Source: Myxococcales bacterium
GTDB taxonomy: Bacteria > Myxococcota_A > Polyangia > Polyangiales > DASUME01
NCBI GenBank assembly: GCA_047601445.1
Contig: JASGJH010000001.1
Location: 2,336,001 to 2,400,000 of the forward strand
Length of the DNA stretch: 64,000 nt
Direction: 5' to 3'
In this document: positions 63,999-64,000 of the stretch, one piece after another
Position numbering within the stretch: the first letter of the stretch is position 1
Layout: the number at the start of each line of letters is the position of its first letter
Made by a program: the position numbers and the translations under genes
The notes under the pieces: model-generated
The model's database searches: none
Seen by the model: the letters and a program-made list of their open reading frames with translations, nothing else
What the model was told of the DNA's origin: nothing

Positions 63999-64000
63999 GG

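Overview
GC-rich chromosomal window from a myxobacterium (Myxococcota, probably Polyangiales-like). The taxonomy is inferred from the Myxococcus Cys-rich repeat/fibro-slime protein, DAG/GD-rich lipoproteins and a pilT-pilC-pilS block. Contents in order: HAE1 RND efflux pair; fibro-slime lipoprotein; sigma-54 two-component system divergent from a CzcCBA-type heavy-metal efflux operon; orphan bifunctional capsule glycosyltransferase; class-3 lipase; pstSCAB; CorA-family transporter; sucCD; xerD; class II amidotransferase homologue; cutA; Cys-rich lipoprotein; TPR proteins; efp-epmA; monomeric icd; mazG; holB-metG-HEAT; stand-alone rplC followed by rlmE; glycosyltransferase; lipoproteins; glnD; amidase; purMN; oxidoreductase-like gene; pilT-pilC-pilS. 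Four genes are each broken by a single extra base in a short homopolymer, most likely sequencing/assembly error. No rRNA, tRNA, CRISPR array, IS or prophage was seen. I did not find a clearly new multi-gene system. The best leads are: an EpmA with an N-terminal OB-fold-like domain hidden by a frameshift; a monocistronic rplC with a perfect 16-bp palindrome in its promoter spacer; two apparent pseudoenzymes; repeated leaderless-type promoter architecture; a GT2 + beta-Kdo-transferase-like fusion under a sigma-54 promoter; and a 22-codon uORF in the sucC leader. All family calls are from motif recognition by eye, without database searches.
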